From positions 2,418,001-2,482,000 of the forward strand of contig JBHGNT010000021.1 in assembly GCA_043228905.1 (NCBI GenBank): 64,000 bases of DNA, in the 5' to 3' direction. A model generated the notes under the pieces. The model did not search any database. It had not been told where the DNA came from and worked only from the letters and a program-made list of their open reading frames with translations. A program made the translations under genes and the position numbers. Positions within the stretch are counted from its first letter, which is position 1; the number at the start of each line of letters is the position of its first letter. The DNA comes from Azolla caroliniana (Eukaryota; Plantae; Polypodiophyta). Shown piece after piece: positions 59,675 to 64,000 of the stretch.

Positions 59675-62299
59675 AGGTGAAGGAAAGATTTTGTGTTGCG
59701 AAGGATATACTGTGTTTATCTCTACAAATCTGTCAAATATTTTGTAGTCAGACCCAACTAATTGCTTGTGGATTTATGCAAATATCTAAAATTTTGGTAC
59801 ATGTGGGCTGATGTTTATAAATTTTAATTCAATGGAATAAATGTGGTTAAATCTCTTGGTTAGGTTTGAGGTATGAAAGTAGTCCATTGTCCAAATTTAG
59901 GTGAACCTAGGTAAGGAACATTGGCCCACAAATGAAGGTGAGTGAATCCTTGGAAATAATGCTGAAGCACAATGAGTAATAATTTATATGAGTCTAGTGT
60001 AGATTACATATCAGGCTTAAATCTTTGTAACCTTGTCTTATTTTCCTTACTAAAGTAGTGATATTAATTTAAACCCTTGCTTTAGGAAAATGATTTGCAT
60101 AAATATTATATGATGCCAAGTATTTTATAAACCAAAAGCACTTAATAAGTCTTGCAAATTCTCTCTTTTTAAGGCTAGCTTATTGCCGTCAAACTTTATG
60201 TATCAAATTTGATGGTAGATAAAAATCTTCAAAAAAGTTTTACTCCTAGTTATTGAGTCCTTTGCATAGGAGTAAAATGATGCTTAGATTAGGAACTCCT
60301 TAGCAATAGATGAGGTGATTGAGGGATATGGATGAAGAAGAATAATTGCTTTGAATGTTTTGGTGATGAGTGAAACTAATTTGGTAATGGAAAAAAAATG
60401 GTAATGAAATTGAGTCTATGGGTCATAATCAATGTGAAAAAGTCCATGACAAATAGAAGGGCCAAAAGATCAATGCTTTGAATGTTTTTGTGATGAGTGA
60501 AACTGATTTGGTATTATTGCAAGTTCCCATGCATCATAATCCTAGGTGAAACACCATGCCATATACAAGGTGTGAGATCAAACTAGAGTTTTAGAGCCTT
60601 CATAATCACTTGGTTTTGGAAAGGGTATCAAACAAATGGCGTGTTACTTCCATCACAATTTTAATGGGGTAGACAACATTCATTGCACACATATGAAGTT
60701 CTTGGAGGAGTTATGGGAATAGTTCTTGGAAGAAGAGTGGGCGAAGGTGTTATGGGTGGCCAAAATCAAAGAGAACTTGGACAATTGAAGCAAAGGGAAC
60801 CAAACCACCACTTCAGTGCTTGAGGAGTTTTTGACAATAATAATAATAATAATGCCAATGACAAAGATGTGAGGATGATATAACTAAAAAACATAGGGGC
60901 ATGCCACAAGAAGAAAAAACTGAGAGTAACGTTGAAGGAATTTTGATAATTTAATAAACAAAAAGCTAGATTAGATTCCTAGAGTAGACAAGGGCTTGAT
61001 AGGAGATTAAGGAAAATGAGATGGTACATGTGTTTTCGAGGAGTTTTGATGATAATTCATTGCAATTGGTCGCCACCTGATATGCAATAAGCTACATGTC
61101 ACAACTTAGATGGGCATTTGGGTATATTGTTTTAGTAAGTTTCATCCTACCTCTAAAAGAGACAAAGGTAAGAAAAATTTGGGGGTGGACAACATAAGGG
61201 CATATTCACGAGATTAAAGTAATGTGGAGGGGTAAGGGAAACAAGAGAATGGAAATGAATAACTAACTTAACTAACGTTTTCCATGGGAAGTGATTTACG
61301 ATGTGAAAAAACACACACACACAACTTCTCCTCTTCTTCGCTCCACTTTTTGTTGTTTGTTTGGAGAATCATAGATATATGGGGTTCGACATGAATGCAC
61401 AATCCCTCAAGAAACTCCATAGAGAGCTCAAACTGTAAGCATCATTTTCTTCCTTTTCATCTTTTTCCTTATGTTCTTATCCTTACTATATGTTATGAGT
61501 CATGACTATAGTCTCCCCATGGTTGTTCAAAAGTTGAGAATGAATGAATCAACCCTTGCACATGTATATGTAGGGAGAGAGAGAGAGTCTATTCTCCATA
61601 ATATCTATCACATCGCCACAGGTTTTCATGGATTCTCTAATCGAGGGCTTTCGTGGATTACTAAAAACACAAGGTATTCAAGAGACAAAACACGTTCGCG
61701 TTCATAAGTGGAAGGGATAATGTATTCCACTAATAGATTCTTGAATAGTTTTTCAATAAATGTTTAAACATCGACAGTTTTCAAATATGAAATGTAGTTA
61801 ACTCAAGGCACAAGTTAAAATTAATGGTTGCACCATCTTGAGGAGACGTAGGTTCCAAAAGTGGACATCTATTGTTAGACTTGAAAATGTTTTAAGTATA
61901 AGAGGTAACACTGGAATCCTTAGTGTCATCATCTATAAATTTAGTGCTCGTCAACATCCATAAATTCACAACTCAAGAAATGTAGACAATATTCATAAAC
62001 AATTTTGATAAATCCACAACTCCAAAAATGTAGACAATATTCATAAACGGTTAAAACTGTCAAACTTAGACGTGAACATTAATATATATCAATTTGAACA
62101 TATCAACAGTTGTCAGGATATCCACACTGCTTTCCACTTCTTCCTTTTGAGAACTCCCTAACAAAATTTGTGAAGTAGTATCTACTCCATATAGGCTGGC
62201 AATGATAGGGTCCTCAAATAGCTCGTTGACAAAATCAATAAGCTCCCTAGGTTCACCAACTAATGGAGGAATAAGTTCATGGGATGCAGATTGAAAATG

Positions 62300-63015
62300 T
62301 TAAGGCTTTAATCCTCATGTTAATGAAACTCACTTGCTCATCATCCTTTTTAAGTGCAATTGTATTTCTGAATAACTCCAATGCAGATGCAGATGCAGTA
62401 CACATGAACAATTTAAAATGCGGATTGATTTAGCTAAACATAAACTATATTGATTTCTAAAGGCATAACAAACAAAGTTATAATAATTTACCTGAGCCAA
62501 AGAACAAATCTAGTATCCAATCTCCTTCATTGGAAAACATTTCAAATGACAAAAATCAATATTATGTAGAATATATTGATGGGAAAATTAAAATTCTCCA
62601 TGTAAGATAAATATTCCTTACTAAGCAAGGTTTTCTATCCCATTGCAATGAGATCTCAAGGCCTGTGCTATAGACTATCCTTGGTCCATGCTATGGAATA
62701 TGACAATTCTCCATAAGGATATTTCCTGTGCAAAATCTTTCATCATCTTCTCAAGTTGTTTGAACATAAATGGTTCATCATCATATGTTGATCCAACCAT
62801 ACAAAAATCCGTATGGTATGTCAACAATCAATAATATGTATTTCTTCGTTAGCAATATGTGTATCATCTCAACCACATCACCATAATAGACATTATAGTA
62901 TAAATCCCGGGTGATATCCTTTTTGTGGCTAAATTTCTTAAAAGTGTCACTATCTTCTACACCTGGATATGCTTTCACTAAACGATAGTCCTTTTCTTTC
63001 CCCATTCTTTCAAGA
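62300..63015 (-). pseudogene. Decayed beta-class DNA amino-methyltransferase (N6A/N4C type) gene with spliceosomal introns
   Basis: Manual translation gives YNVYYGDVVEMIHIL..KKYILLIVDIPYG (motifs III-IV), then EMFSNEGDWILDLFFGSG, a ~90-bp intron, and TASASALELFRNTIALKKDDEQVSFINMRI (motifs I-II). Confidence 0.72.
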
Positions 63016-63017
63016 TG

Positions 63018-64000
63018 TGTCAACAGACGACGCTTATGTAGTACAAGGTTCGACAGACCGATCGAACATACGAGGAAGAGATTCCTCACGGCCGCCGAAT
63101 AGTCAGCGAAGACGGAGCCAGTCACGGGATAACCGAATCTGCAACTATTGCAAGAAACCCGGACACATCAAAGCCGACTGCCGCGCACTCAAGAACAAGA
63201 ACAACAAGAAGAGTGGCCGGCATGAGGAGATCAATTACGTCAGCTTCTCAGCTGATGTGCTACCAGACGACCCGAATATACTATCAATCGAAAATCCAGT
63301 CGGATCAGAAGTTCTACTCACGACTGAAGAGTCGAGCACATGGCTCTTAGATTCGGGCGCGTCATTTCACGTGACTCCTCATCGATCCCAATTTCGGCAA
63401 TATACGATCCGTCACTCCGACTCAGTTCGAGTCGGTAACTCGCAACACTGTGACATCATCGGAATCGGCACAGTAGAGCTCAACCTTGCAGGTGGCTCTA
63501 CACTTGTACTCCACAATGTCCGACATGTACCCGAGCTCTCAAGGCCATTGATCTCAGTCGGACAACTAGATGAAGACGGCATTCGTGCCGGTTTTTCTTC
63601 GGGAGGGTGGACACTCCACAGGGGGAACCTCCTGCTTGCTAGAGGACCCAAGATACACTCCCTGTATCCGTTACATGTTACGCTCAGAGAGGGTAACCTG
63701 TTTTTGGTGGATATTCCTGTGTCATCACTATGGCACAGAAGATTAGGACACCTCAGCAAGGCCGGCATCACGCATCTATCTAGAGCCGGATACATCCCCA
63801 AACTCTCCTTCTCCGACCATCAATTCTGCGAGCATTGCCAGTATGGCAAACAAGCAGCCGCATCACACCCGACATCAGCACCAAGAGAAACGAGACCTCT
63901 CGATTTGGTCCACTCGGACGTCTGTGGCCCGATGCCGCATCAGTCTCTTGGCGGTGCCTCTTACTTCGTCAGTTTTATTGACGATTCGACTCGAAAGGTG
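63018..64000 (+). mobile_element. Ty1/copia internal fragment (gag knuckle, protease, start of integrase), 5'-truncated and running off the window end
   Basis: CNYCKKPGHIKADC, WLLDSGASFHVT, LWHRRLGHLS and LVHSDVCGP. Confidence 0.92.

Noticed and set aside
60000-62290. Transposase or termini of the element carrying the MTase relic
   Set aside because: I could not recognise a transposase motif, TIR or TSD.

Overview
Plant nuclear DNA, probably from a fern or another seed-free plant (inferred from its retroelement types). About two thirds of the window is transposon-derived. There are two intact host genes: an intronless LISCL/SCL14-type GRAS transcription factor (minus strand, 12052-14124) and an 8-coding-exon purple acid phosphatase (plus strand, 53447-59454). 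Between them is a five-layer nest, with every insertion delimited by a TSD: L1 LINE > Copia (21288-43084) > Ty3/gypsy B (21465-39370) > Ty3/gypsy C (25934-36782) > non-autonomous Ty3/gypsy A2 (31932-35775). The most notable observations are four. (1) Element A2 has tRNA-Arg-like primer-binding sites inside both LTRs, on opposite strands, and no polypurine tract. (2) Family B/C/D is tRNA-Trp primed; B and C make 4-bp TSDs and join Gag-protease to RT-RH-IN through a G_GAU_UUU_UAG -1 frameshift site with a covarying pseudoknot. (3) A decayed, intron-containing beta-class DNA amino-methyltransferase gene lies at about 62300-63015. (4) A miRNA-like hairpin with a microsatellite loop lies upstream of the phosphatase. 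All alignments were done by eye and tRNA sequences are recalled from memory, so both need computational confirmation.
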